Shown in pieces: positions 14,326 to 27,680 of a stretch of DNA of 64,000 bases; position 1 is the first letter of the stretch, and each line of letters starts with the position of its first letter. Origin of the DNA: Eledone cirrhosa (Eukaryota); assembly GCA_964016885.1 (NCBI GenBank), contig OZ024740.1, forward strand, positions 188,418,001 to 188,482,000, written 5' to 3'. The notes beneath the pieces are model-generated. The model ran no database searches and was not told where the DNA came from. It saw only the letters and a program-made list of their open reading frames with translations. The position numbers and the translations under genes are program-made.

Positions 14326-17300
14326 ACACTGACATTTGGGTTTGGGCATGTGTTTTGTGCCTGTATATATCAGGTTGTTAGAGATAAGGATAATGAGATT
14401 GTATATTTTAGAAGGCTACTGGTGTGTTTTTGTGTGTCTGTATTCAGTTGGATATACAGTAGTAGTAGCTAAGTTTGTTGGAACATACTGTTTTTCGTAT
14501 AGCCTTTTTTTTTTTTTTTTTTTTTAAACACGTATTCATGAAGTATTGTTGGAAACTTTAAAAGAATATAATAGTATTATTTAGTAGTTCACTAGATCAC
14601 CTCATTCAGAAACTAAAATGTCACAAATAATTTTCAAGGTTTGGAAATAAAAACAACTAAAAAATATATTAGTCTGAAGAGATCTTTCTTCTGAATTTAC
14701 TCAAGTTTTTATTTTAAGCATAAATGTTCAATTTCTCTGTATCATTGTTATATCAATAGCTTACATGTTAGTGTAAGCATTAACACATTTAAGAATATGA
14801 TAGTTGAACATGATTACACATACTTTAAATGTCATATTTCCATGTTAACAAGATATAGATGGTTTCATAATATTCCTACATACAAACCTGTTACGAATTT
14901 TCTTATTTTACTTGTATTCAATTACATGTTTCTAAATCAGACTTTCGTAGATCAAACTTAAGTATATAGGCATATTTTTTTCTTGGTTTATTTTCATTTG
15001 AGTTTGCAAACATATCTTCTACTTTTTCTTCTCACTGCTAGAATATGTCACCTCTGGTATTTGAACATAAGGACATTTCTTACTTCACTATGTGCATGAA
15101 TGATTCCAACAAACTTCTTATCCCTTCTCTTTTCTTGTCACATTTATGTATTTAAATCCCATGAGGAAAACATGCTATCTTTGCCTATTTTATTTGTCAT
15201 TTTTGTTACTTTTTTACACTTTCTGAAGCCAAGTTGCCATGAAAAGTGCTTTATTTTATCTCTTTCTTTAGGAGTAACATCTATGAAAAATGACATTGCT
15301 TCTCAATGTTTTCTTCATATCATATATCTTACACCAAATTCCACTTATATGTTCACTGGTTATCAATCATTTCAAACTTGCCACTTCCTAGTTTATGTTT
15401 CAAGTCTTGTTTTATTGATATTTTGCTTGTTTTGGTGTTTGAATTGTAACTTTCATGTGTTCAAGGTCTTTTGAAAAAAAAAAAACAAACAAACAAAAAC
15501 GTGAGATGCAAAATTGATAGAGAAATACATAAAAAGTTATTTAGTATTATTCATTGTCAAACCTGCAATGTTTGCATTAGGCATCATTGATTTCAGTATT
15601 GTTTTTATTCACCTTATTACATTATTGTTAATGGTGTTTTTTCTGAAACTACAGAACATAGAAAGTCTCATATACAAGTATATTAGTTAAAGATGCTTCT
15701 GATCATAATTTATTGGTGCAGTTTCATGGTCAATGAAGAAATATGCCTTTATTTCTTCTTTTGAATATGATTTATTCAAATTTAAATATTTTTGATAAGA
15801 TAATAAATTGTAAATGAATATTTCAATGAATTAAAATTGTTTAAGGTCTCTAATTTACTGATACTCAACTGATGTTAGAAACCAGACATTACAAATGATC
15901 ATAATAATCTGTATAATGTAAGAGAGAAAAAAATTGTAAAATGTATGACATGCAGTATATTTGTTGCACTGAAGGCAGGACATCAAAATCATATAATATT
16001 GAAATATGTGAATATTTCGATAGAAAAAAACCTCTAAACTGTTTTGCCCATTATTAATCCAATGTATTATATCAATTTTATCCTACTCAGATACCTAGTT
16101 GAAATTGATCAGATAGTTGTAACCTTCTCTATATGAAAAAGGCTGACATCAAATATATCAGTCATGTATATGTTTTTATAATTGAACTGCTATTAGCATA
16201 AAACAAATCATCAAAACCTTCTCTAAAATAAGGCAATAAGGAAATTCATTCTAAGATTAAGAAAAATTCTAGAATTATTAATTTTCAAATTGTAAGATAT
16301 AAACTCAAAGTAGATATACATTACATATTATATGTATCATTTATTATTTTTACTGCTTTAGATGGTTTTATTGTTCAACTTGGAATGAACAAGTGGTAAG
16401 CTGAAACATATATCAAACTTTTATCTAGGTAATCCCAGTATTCCATCTGATTTTCAACTGATGCTAGAAACCAGATAATATTACAATTGATCATAATATT
16501 CCGTATAAAGTGAGAGAGAAAAGCAAAAGAATTATAGACTAATTTCAAAATGAATGAATATCATATTCTTATATTGTCCAGTGTAATACTAATAGTGTCA
16601 GGAGAGAAAATTCTACATATAAAAGTCAGCAGTAATGGCTGTTACATACATTATATTTCTTTGTGATAAAAGCACAGTCTAGACAATATCCTCATAAAAC
16701 TCTTAATTCAAATCTCTACACCAAAGATATATTATCTTTTAAATTGCAATCCTTGAAGTTGCTATTTTGATGGAAATATTTTAAATTGGGTTGAAAATTT
16801 CTGCTTATTATTGTTTTGCAATTTTCAGTACATTATAGAAAGTAAGGTGTGTGGGGAAATGTGTCATACAGTCATGAAACAATACCGCAAGTTTACTTGG
16901 TCCCTGAAAAATTTAAGAAACAAAAGAATTACTTCAACTCTTGGGGGGATTAATCAAGTAATTCATGAAATTCAGTTTTGTTTCTGTTAACCTGTAGTGT
17001 TTTAGATGTCTATAAAGATTGTTGATAAATAGAAATGATTATTGAAGACGATCAATTATATGATTTAAACCTGTTGTTACATTTTCGAATAATTTGAAAA
17101 TAAACAGATGTTTTAACAGATATAGAAATACATCTTACGATTTTATTATTAAGCTGTTGTTTGGAACATATCAATAGTTCTTTTATATGATAATGATGGA
17201 AGGATTTAAGTAATATAAACATTTTGAAACAAACCATTCTGTATACTAGAATAGGGATTATCTAAAATTGCATGGGCAGACACACGTTTTGCATGTGAAT

Positions 17301-20300
17301 AATAAAGGTATTGAAGCTGCACAAAGTAGAAACATTTATGTGTAGTGAGTCCTCGTGCTATAACATTTTTGTTTCCCATTTATATTTGAATTCACTTCTT
17401 CAAGGACGATTTTCATACTCTTTATTATATTAAAATTGTCAATCATTTTTATTATCTTTTCAAGAGATAGGACATTTTTCACACATATTAAGCAAACTGA
17501 AAATGAGGATTAAATTTGCCCATCTAAAAGAAGTGTATAATATATTTCTGAGTTTTTATTTTTATATACATTCACAAAATTTAAAGTAAAAAAAACCCTA
17601 AATATGTTAATAAAAAGGATATACATATGTACATCGTATACCTTATAATTTTTCATTTTACCTAAGTGTATTCCAAATAATAATGCAAACAAATCCACAC
17701 ACCTGAACATAATGGCCTGAGCTAAACCAATTTCGTTTCAGAAAAAATAAAAATCGATTTATTAAATTTTATATAGCATTACACATAATTGTATGCCATC
17801 TTCAATTTCAATGTGCTTTAAAAGGAACTGAGTGAGAGAAATATTCTACAATCCTAAATATCTGATAATTGTAACTGAAATAAAAACCAGATATCTTCAG
17901 CTGTTAAAAATGTAGAAATATGAAGGACCATCTCATATTCAGATAGTTACAATATATATATATGCATGAACTGGCTCTGAAATTTTGAATGAGTAATTGC
18001 CATGCTGTAGTCATATATTGGTATACAAATGTAGTAGAACCATCCTTCTTCATGTCTGCTACAGCCAATCTATCTATTTATCTATCTGTATATATAATAT
18101 ATTTCTATGACTTTTCTGCCTGGTATCTAGTCCTGTTTCCTGTTGAATGGTACTCAATTGTTGTCCCAATGTTGTGTTCTCTCACATACATCTTTCCAAT
18201 GGCTTGTTCCAAGCTGTCATGCAATCTGGGCTCATTGTGATTCAATACCACCTTTATGCACAAAATTGATTGCCCACAGTGGGGCTGAAGAGGAAGACAG
18301 ATGCTTTTGTTCACTCAAGCAATTTTTCTAAATATCAGCAAATAATGGGATATATATAAAAAGAGGAGCAGTACAGTTGACCTCAGAAAGATTTAAAGTT
18401 AATGTGCTGAGACTTGGAGTATGTAGCATGTATGTTCTACCTGTATTTCACTGCTCTGCCAATTAGCCACATTAAACACGCATATGGCTAATTTATGAAG
18501 CAGTGGGGAAATTTGAAAATGTTTGCTTTGTGGGAGGAAATCGCCAAAATGCAGATAACTATAGATAACAATGGAATTTATCAGGTGGAATTAACCCTGG
18601 AGATGTAAAAGGGAGGACAAAACCATCTGATTTTCTTCTGTATCAATGGATACTTTATATGACTGATTTAAATATTATTTATAATTATCTGCATTGAGGT
18701 GGTTTCCCAAGTAAATAAACATATTTCCAGATACAAAGCGAGTGAGAAATAAATAAAGATAGATATTGAGAGAAATAAGTATAACTGTGCAGTTAACTAT
18801 TTTGTTGGAAAACATAACTTCTTATGAGTACAAACCCATTTTGTGTCATCTTGGAAAGTGTCTTCTACATCTTTAAAATACCAAATACTTGTAAGTGTAA
18901 ATTAGTAAATTGAAACTGTCATCATTTATTTTTTTTTAGTAAGGTGAATTAAGCCATAGTGCTACATGGTATATTTTTAAAGTGGAAAATAAACATATGT
19001 CACCACATGTCAATACAGTGTTAAATGCTATGCAAAGCCAAGCACAAACACGCATGTACACATGTGCTTACAAACAAATGTTGGGCTTCCTTATAGTTTC
19101 TATTAATCTAATTCAGTCTCAATGCATTAGTCAGCTCAAGGGTATAAACAACACTTGCCCAATGTACCACATAGTGGGATATAACCCAAAAAACTGTGGG
19201 GACAAAACAAACTTTTTAACTGCATAGTTATACCTATGTAAATGTGTATTTATATGTGTGTCTGTGTTTATGTTTACTGGCAAAAACTGGATTTGTGTCT
19301 ATTTACCTCCCACATTGTAGCTGTTTTATGAATAGTAATTGATAAAATAAGTATCTGACTAGAATATGGACAGCATGGCTATAACGTAATAGTTGGAACC
19401 ACTATATCTATCTATCTAACCAACCACACACACACACACACACACACCCATATTATTAAAAGATCAGAGGCCATAATCAGTTAATCCAGGTTTATCTAAA
19501 ATTGTTTATACATATTTCACTGAGGACTATCAGTTATGATAGCCTGATCTCTTCAGAGGGCAAACGTTACCAATTCAAATTCAATTCTGATGATGGACTA
19601 TATATATATATAATTATCGTACATAATTGAGATGCAGATCCCTGGCCTGTCTGGGAGATCAGTAGCCCAACATTAGTATTGACTTGGTCTATGTTGACCC
19701 ATATCAACCTTTGCTAACAGGGAAAGTAAATGATGTTGATGATGATGGTGGTGTGTGTATCAGGTGCTCTTTAGCTCAATCGTTAGATCAGTCACCCAGT
19801 ATATTAAAGATATGGATTCAATTCTTCATAGCAACAGCTGGCCACTTTTTCCTCATCTATGAAGGGTCTTTATCTTATTTTCTAAGTTATTTATACCCTG
19901 CACCTGTGTTTACAGTTATTTTTCTCCATCTGCGTTTCTTTAAACTCTTTCTCCCTCTCTGTATAAAATAAAAAGCCATCGTTTTTCTTTGTTTAACTAT
20001 TATAATTTTGTAAAATAGAACATGCGTTTTCTATAGGAAAGAATAGTGATGGTACACTGATTATGTTAAATTGCAGACATTATGATATACTGTTCAAATG
20101 GTGTTAGAATTTGTATAGTCTTTCATCCTTACAAGGTCAATAAAAAAATATTCATAACACACTGCTGTAAGTGGCGATATGAGTTTGCATAAAAGGATGT
20201 GCCTTCACAATATGTTATCACCATGATTAAAGCTATCTCCGTACATATACTTATGTGGGTGTACTGATGCTTGCTTTTGTGCCTGCGTGTATGTGTATAT

Positions 20301-21796
20301 ACATGTATGTGTATATATACATACATAGATATATACACATGCACATATATATGCATATATATATATATATATATTCATATGTACATAAATACATGTGTTT
20401 GTATGTGTGTGTGTGTAGCATTAAAATTTAAAGGATTCTTTTGCTTTCTATTGAGATATTTTACCTTTGCTTAAATATGCAACAGCTAGAATACCAACCT
20501 CCCACGCTCTTCGTTCTATGATATTGCATACTAATATCTCATAGAGTATTCACTATTCTCTATCAATGCTGTAGCTACTGCGGATGGTGAGGCCTCTGTT
20601 AGCTTCTACAGATGACGATAATCAATAATTTCATGTGTTATGAGTAGTTTGTGCCTGTCGTCTACATTTTCAGAAATGTAATAAAGATATAAGAATAAAT
20701 CAGAATAGCTGAATGTGGTAGAAGCAGTATTAGTTCCACAGTTGCTAATGTGAATTTTGTGCAGCAATACTTGTGTTGTTCTGTTGTTTCATTAGTGTGA
20801 GATGCTGCAAATGAAATAGTCATAGTAGCACAGTTAGTAAAAATATAATGATAGGAGTAATTGTAGTTACTTCACTTCTGGTATTAATAGATGTCTGTAA
20901 AGACAGTAGGAGTTTTTGTTACTGTAAGACAGTACACTAGCAGCAGAACTTACTGTTTCTTTCCTGTATAAATCCTCTCTTAACTAAGAACCTTCCCCAC
21001 TTCTTTCTCGTATCCTTATGAAGCTTTTATTTCCCACATTTTTCAGTTTTCTACATCAAAAATTCTATATCCATTTCTAAGTAATTTCCTCAGTCTTTCT
21101 CGTATTTTCTTGCTTTCATTTTATTCCTCTTACTCTCTCTGATATTTCAATGACTTCACATGACATATAGCTCTTTATTCACCATGGAAAAGAATATTCA
21201 TTTTTTTCTGCTATTTTTTAATAACATACTAATGACATGTAATAAATGAAAAAAATGCACTCAATTAAATGTTAGATAACCCATTGTTTTAGTTTACTTA
21301 TTTAGGTGTAGTTATTTGCATGATGATCTCTACACGTACACATTTTTAATTTTCAGAATACCATATAGTTTGTAAAATCATATATATATACACACAGAAT
21401 ATACATTCATTCATACATATATGTGTGTGTAAATAAATATATATACACAACATACACATTTATAAATTGATAGATAGCTATATAGCAAAATACATACATC
21501 TACCTATCTATCTCTCCCTTTATATATATATATATTCACACACGAACACATAAATATGATGAATAGATAAATATCATTTTTTGTTCAAAGAAATAAATTC
21601 TATGAATATGTATGCATGTTTATATAAGCAAATACAATTTATGCAGCAATATATGTATATATATGTATATATATATAACCATTATTTTTTTTAATCATTG
21701 AAAGCACTATCCAGCCAGCAATCCATATGTCTCTGTATCAATTGATCTAAGTATTTATGCTCACATAGTTCATATATGCATGTCCTTATGTGTATG

Positions 21797-21829
21797 CACA
21801 CACACACACACACACACATATATATACAT

Positions 21830-21923
<94 letters not shown>
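21797..21923. repeat. (CA)n/(TA)n microsatellite
   Basis: Seen directly. Confidence 0.95.
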
Positions 21924-21925
<2 letters not shown>

Positions 21926-22008
21926 CGAAGGAAGTGTGGTAAGGAACCAGGTGGACCATAACATACCAGAGTACTCAATACTTAGGGTAGTAGAGTGGGT
22001 AATAGGAA
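21923..22008 (-). repeat. Dispersed repeat, likely the tail of a Penelope-like pLTR; second copy at 36918-37003
   Basis: Nearly identical to 36918-37003. The minus strand shares actct...gtattgagtac...tggt..acct with the sequence downstream of the 37041 hammerhead. Confidence 0.6.
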
Positions 22009-22104
22009 AATGTTCAAGAACATGTTCTTGAACATTTTACTATATATATATATATATAAGCTTAATTATGTCATTTTTGATTTTCTATGTGCAAGTATGT
22101 GTAT

Positions 22105-22400
22105 GTGGCATGTCAAAGTGGTAAAGGTGTTCTGCTCAGAAACACATTGTCATAAGTTTGATTTCCTGTGGGGTGTGACTTTGAATGAGACACTTTATTT
22201 CACGTTGCTCCAAGCCTTGTGACAAACTTTGCAGGTTCTGGTACTGATGCCATGATAAAATGCATCCAGCCCACTCTGTAAAGGAGTATGGCTACTGTCA
22301 TGATAAAATGCACTAAGTACACACTGGAAAGTGACTATTGTTAGAAAAAGCATATAGTTGTAGAAACCATGCCTAAATGAAATGCATGAACTAAACATGG
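22105..22400 (+). mobile_element. Degenerate SINE family B with RTE-like tail
   Basis: agacactttatttcacgttgctcca core as in the 37197 copy, followed by an RTE 3'-UTR-like stretch. Confidence 0.6.
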
Positions 22401-23339
22401 TCAACTCTCTCTCTAGATACATTTATATATATATACATACAGTCACCTTTCTATCTATCAATCTTTGTGTCTAATTGTTGAACAGTTCATGATCCAGGTA
22501 ATTTGTTATTCAAATTTATTTACTTTCTAGATTGGTGAAAGTACCACATGCTTATATTCTGATTTTGACATGGTTTATACACCTGAATGTCCTACTTAAC
22601 TTCAACTGCTTTACAGAATCTGTTGGATGCTTGTTATTTTGACACTAGTACTAGAGTTTTTTCCTGATCTCATCAAGAGTAAAAGTTTCTTGTGACATGC
22701 ATTGCATTCACCCATTTGCCAAACACTTCATGAAGTGCATCATATTTTGGCTCTAGCTTTAGTGAAGTTATCTTGCACCCTGTAAAACAAAAGTGTCTTC
22801 GTCTATGCAAAATTATGTTGAAGGAAACATAACCAAAAGGAAAAACAGGAGAGAGAGAGCAATAACAATAGTTTAACTTGGGAGAATCGAGAGAATGCTG
22901 TGAAAAACAGTGATTAGGATGAGGATAAGGATAGAAGAATGAATAACAGAAGAGACATTGCTATAAAGAGTAATGGAAGAGAGAAAGGTTGTTAGTAAAA
23001 GAGAGCCTGAGTGATGGATAGTAGTGTAGATAGTCAATAGTAAGAGAGTGTGATTGGCATCAATAAGGCGTGAGCCGAGAGAAGGGGGAGTACAAAAAAG
23101 TGATTGAGTTAACTTTAAAGTAGGCGCAATCCTCACTGTTTCCATCATTACCATGATTTTTACTTATCTATCATTGAATTGAAACAAGACAGGTGATAGA
23201 AAGATGGGAGGGATACTGAATAAGGAGAAAATGGAGTTTTAGCAGGAATATAATGGACAAATGTTGACATATTAAACATCTCACCTTAAATTCATAATTT
23301 TAATGTTCTTTTTGCTATGATTGCATGGCTAGAAACATC

Positions 23340-23760
23340 TTTCCATTACCACAGACGGCCCAACAACTTGTATGAGTCTTCATCATTTTGTTCTCTGTTG
23401 TCCACTATATCCCTCTTCCACATGTCCCATCCACTTTGAATGATCAGCACTTTATATAGTTGTGATCCTCCATACACATCACAAGCCTGTAACAGCATAT
23501 ATCAGTATACTTTTCTCTCCTGTGCACACTACATTTGACTCCTCTTATATCCAGTTTTCCTCTTATCCCACTTGTTCTCCACCATTCATGTATACTAAAA
23601 TTAGACATCCAGTAGAACATGCTTACTTCATTTTTTTTCCATCCTGCAAGTCTTCTGCATTCAATGCTAATCTCTTTCTATCATGCAACATTATATTTTG
23701 TACACAAACATCTTGTAGCATGCGTGTCAATTTCAAAAAGAAACCCCTTTGTTCTCAGCC
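23340..23760 (-). mobile_element. Highly degenerate RTE fragment
   Basis: Residual similarity to the RTE C-terminal region (tcatgcaaca..., ctccatacacatcacaagc); many stops. Confidence 0.5.
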
Positions 23761-24247
23761 AGTAATGTAGGTGTGCTCAAAGTATACTAGTATAGCTGCT
23801 AATTAGCTCACTTTGCTTTTCATGAGCCTTCTGAACATTTGAAGGAATGAAGGAATATATTTCATGCATTTTCTTAGTGCTACTTGCTTTTGGACATCTG
23901 CCACATACAAATTCTACCTTCATCCATAATTTACACAGGGTAAAACATGTTTATGCAAACACATTGTCTGCATATCAAGCATAGTCATTTCTCTAACAGG
24001 ATTAGAATCTTAATCTTTGCTAAATTTATTTTGATGGCATTTAATACCCGGTTTTAAATGTTTAAGTAATGACATGGAGGATTATAAAAGTGCTGAGAAC
24101 TGAACTCTGATGGACTCATAGCTTCATGTTAATTTCTTTTGCCACATTCATTGCAGACTTTTGAAATCTCTGCCTCTGCACATAGCCTGTACAACCTTCT
24201 CAAGCCCTTCACCTATATATGTGTGTGCCTGTGTATATATATATATA

Positions 24248-24826
24248 TCATCATCATCATCATTTTACATCCATTGTTCTATACTTACATGGGCTGGATG
24301 GGTCATTCTCAATACTGCATCTCTCCACTTGTTGAAATCCTTTGCAGTCTCTGTGAGCTCTAGTGATCTAATTCAGCTTTCACCACTTCTATCCAGGTCT
24401 TCCTTGGCCTTCCTCTACAGCAGCATCCTTCCACTATGATTACTTGGCACCTCTTCACCCAGCAATCATCTTCCATGCGTATCACAGGTCCATACCAATG
24501 CAGTCTCCTCTCCCGTATATTACTTCTGTTCATCCATGCTTTGTCATTCTTGCACATTAACATTGAATATTCATCGAAGCATGTTCCCCTCATTTCTCTC
24601 CAGCCTCTGGATGTCCTCTGCCCTCACTGCTCGTGTCTCACTACCATGCAACATGGCACTTTACACACAGGAATCACACAGCCCACCTCTCATTTGTAGG
24701 GGAAAATGTTTTGGTTTAAGCAGGGATAGCAATTTCGTAAACTTCATCCATCCTGTCCTTATTCTAACTACTGTGCTATCCAAGCACCCTCCTCCACTGT
24801 TAATTATATCATCTTGGTAGCAGAAA
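24248..24826 (-). mobile_element. RTE LINE 3' fragment
   Basis: IRERRLHWYGPVIRMEDDCWVKRCQ...GRPRKTW.EVV; catcatcatcat tail. Confidence 0.85.
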
Positions 24827-25594
24827 CTATATATGTTTATATTAATTTATAGAAAGAACTAAATCTAAATGGATTTGGTAATCAGTGACATGGCTGATGT
24901 AAATGCTAAACTGAAATATTGAAAATAACACTCCAGTCATAAAATATAGGAAACTGTACAAGCTGGTAAGAATACAGACCAATGACAGCATAGCAATAAA
25001 AACTAATAAAATAACAGATGTTTGTCACTTATGATTTACAATATTTTTCCTTCAGTTGGACACCTGTTATGAGACAATTTGTCAAGTGAAAAATAAATTC
25101 ACAAATAGCAGCACAGTCAGTGAACTATTTGATTTTGGTATAATGTATGTCATATGGTTTAGGTCTTCTATTCCATTTCTAGTATTATCTTAGCTAAGTA
25201 ATATATGACTAAAAAAAGGTAGCTCTGATATCTGTTATCCAATTGTATTTAGTCTACAAATCATCTCCTAAACCATCATTTTTTTCATGACTAGATGACA
25301 AAAAAAAAAAAAAATAAAAAACGAAGATTGGTAAAACAAAGCATTTGTTTGAGGAAATAGTTTAGCAGATATCGAAAAATTGTGTAAAATTGTTTCTGTC
25401 TCTGTGTGTACACACACACGCACACGGATATGTAATGCATGATTGTGTATGTTTGTATGTATATGTGTATGTACATATATATGTGAATGTGTATAATATG
25501 TGTGTGTGTTGTTAGACACATTTTATTACAAACGGAATTATGAGCATCATTTGGATTGTAAGTTTCATTGTTGACTTTCCCCTCTTTAATTCAG

Positions 25595-25834
25595 AATTGC
25601 TTTGTGTCTAGAACAAACCAGGGAGCAACTAACCGTATAAGAATTATTATAGTTCTTTCTTGGCTAATAGATTTCAATAGGTTTTTCCCCTCGTTTTTAG
25701 AGAACAAACTGTTGTTTTCATCAGTAGTCATGGTCATAAACACAGGAAAAAGCAAACATTTTAGATTTTCGAACAAATTTAAATGGAATTTTGCAATAAA
25801 ATGTTTTCTGGAACTTTCTGCTCTAAGATCAAAG
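25595..25834 (+). other. Candidate upstream exon (5' UTR or N-terminal extension) of the + strand gene
   Basis: Acceptor gactttcccctctttaattcag ends at 25594. Possible donors are AAG|gtaaat at 25835 and TTG|gtaagt at 25867. One frame is open throughout. Confidence 0.3.
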
Positions 25835-27539
25835 GTAAATGATGCCCATATTATTTGTGGTATTTGGTAAGTAATCAGTAAAAGGTGTTTTTTTTTTTTA
25901 TTTTATTTTAGGAACAAAAATTGATTTTGATCTGCAGATTTGCATTTACTAATATTAGAACATCAAGCATTCCTTTGAAAATGTGTTTCTTGTCTCTTCA
26001 AGCTTATCAGCTCTATAAACCAGTGAATAATATATTTAAATGTCTGCCAGTTACTGATGTCAAATGACAACTAGATCTAGGGCTTATAGCAGGTTAGATT
26101 TTGATCTGATACTTGTTAATGGTTGATGTGATATCCAAATAATATATATATATATATGTACATTGTCAAATCTCCTTAGTTGGTTTTCTCAACTATACCT
26201 TAATATAGAGGAATTTTTGGGTGAATGGAAGGGAAATTGAATACAGCATGTTGCTATGTTGGGTTTCAACTCATATTCATTATATCAAATAGAACATTTT
26301 CACATGTTTAATACTTGAAACATATATCATAATGCAATAATAATGTGGAAGATCAAAGAGAATCTCTAAAGGTAGAACAAAACATATTCAATAAACTTTC
26401 TGTAAGCTACATATTATGTTATTTCATAAAGCAAGATCTCATTGCAATAAGATCCAACAAGCATTTCAAGGCTATTTTCCTTGCTTAAAACAAAGGTTAG
26501 CCTTGTGAGCCCCATGACAAGTTTCTCCATTTTCATTGCAATAAGTTAAATAAGAATAATTGTTCTTTGGCTGAGTTCAATGGAGCATTCCAACAGTTAT
26601 TCAAAATAGGGAACAGGAATCTTTTATTATGAGATTATAACAGCAGAACAATTCTTTTGGGTACCAGGTGGCTATTTATATCATAATACTTAGTTCTATT
26701 CTATAACTCATAAATTTTAAGCAAAGATAGTAAAGTGGCTTGGATATTTGCATTTCTTCTTACTTCTGAATTGATAATATATGCATGCAACTATGACTGT
26801 CAATTGTCTTAACTTGCATGTAAATATATTCAGATTAAATCAAAACCAACCACAAACCCAATCACATCCAAACCATACCATTCAAATATATGCATGTTCA
26901 TTAGTTCATTTTAGATATACTAACAAAAATCATTCTAGAGCATGTATATCCTAGTGTAATTGTTTGTGTGTCACTATAGGCATATGTGTGTTTAATCTCA
27001 TTATTATTTCTATATAGTTTATCATGTGTGCAAATATTCTACAGGCTCCTACATTTGAAAGTAACGTAATGCCTCAAATAGACTGAAGACTTAAAGAATT
27101 TGATCTTCTCTAAGCTGCTACATAATGGTTCAACACACTAAAACACCAAATCTCTTTGAAGTAGAGTATTATTATACATCTAGATTCTTTTCTTTCTGCT
27201 ACTTAACAATAACTGTTAAATTAGTTGGAACAAAAACAATGACTAAGTGAATTATATTTTGTAATTTCACGCACTCAGAATAATTTTCTGTTGTTTTATA
27301 AATCTTATAGCATCTGTATTATGGATAAATTTTCCATCCATGCATCAATAAGTTGCAACACAAATATTCATTTTGTCAATATTTACTATCATTAGATTTT
27401 ATTCTATCATGATATTCACTTTGTCATGTTTAGATGTAACTGAAAGATTTTAAAGGAAAATAATTATTTTTTAAATATTTCCCCTAGGTACATATTTCCA
27501 GTATTTGTGTGGGTATATGCTAATGAGTATATCTCGTTA

Positions 27540-27680
27540 AGATGTCGGATAGAATGCTTTACAGTATTTGTTAAGCCTCAGTGCACACTCTGAGTTCAAA
27601 TCCTGCTGGGGTCAACTTTGCCTTTCATCCTTTTGAGGTTGATGAAAAAAGTACCAGTCCAGTACTGGGGTCGATTCGTC
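27540..27680 (+). mobile_element. SINE family A
   Basis: B box gagttcaaatcc, then ggggtcaactttgcctttcatcc...gtaccagtccagtactggggtcgat. Confidence 0.75.

Noticed and set aside
18105-18314. Minus-strand ORF with a good acceptor (tctgtcttcctcttcag)
   Set aside because: No recognisable protein motif and no convincing donor or partner exon.
19515-19635. ctgagga plus hairpin and ctgatga as further hammerheads
   Set aside because: No GAAA or stem III follows; at best heavily decayed.
27540-27615. B-box sequences as tRNA genes (also 37225, 41840)
   Set aside because: No cloverleaf; they continue directly into SINE bodies.
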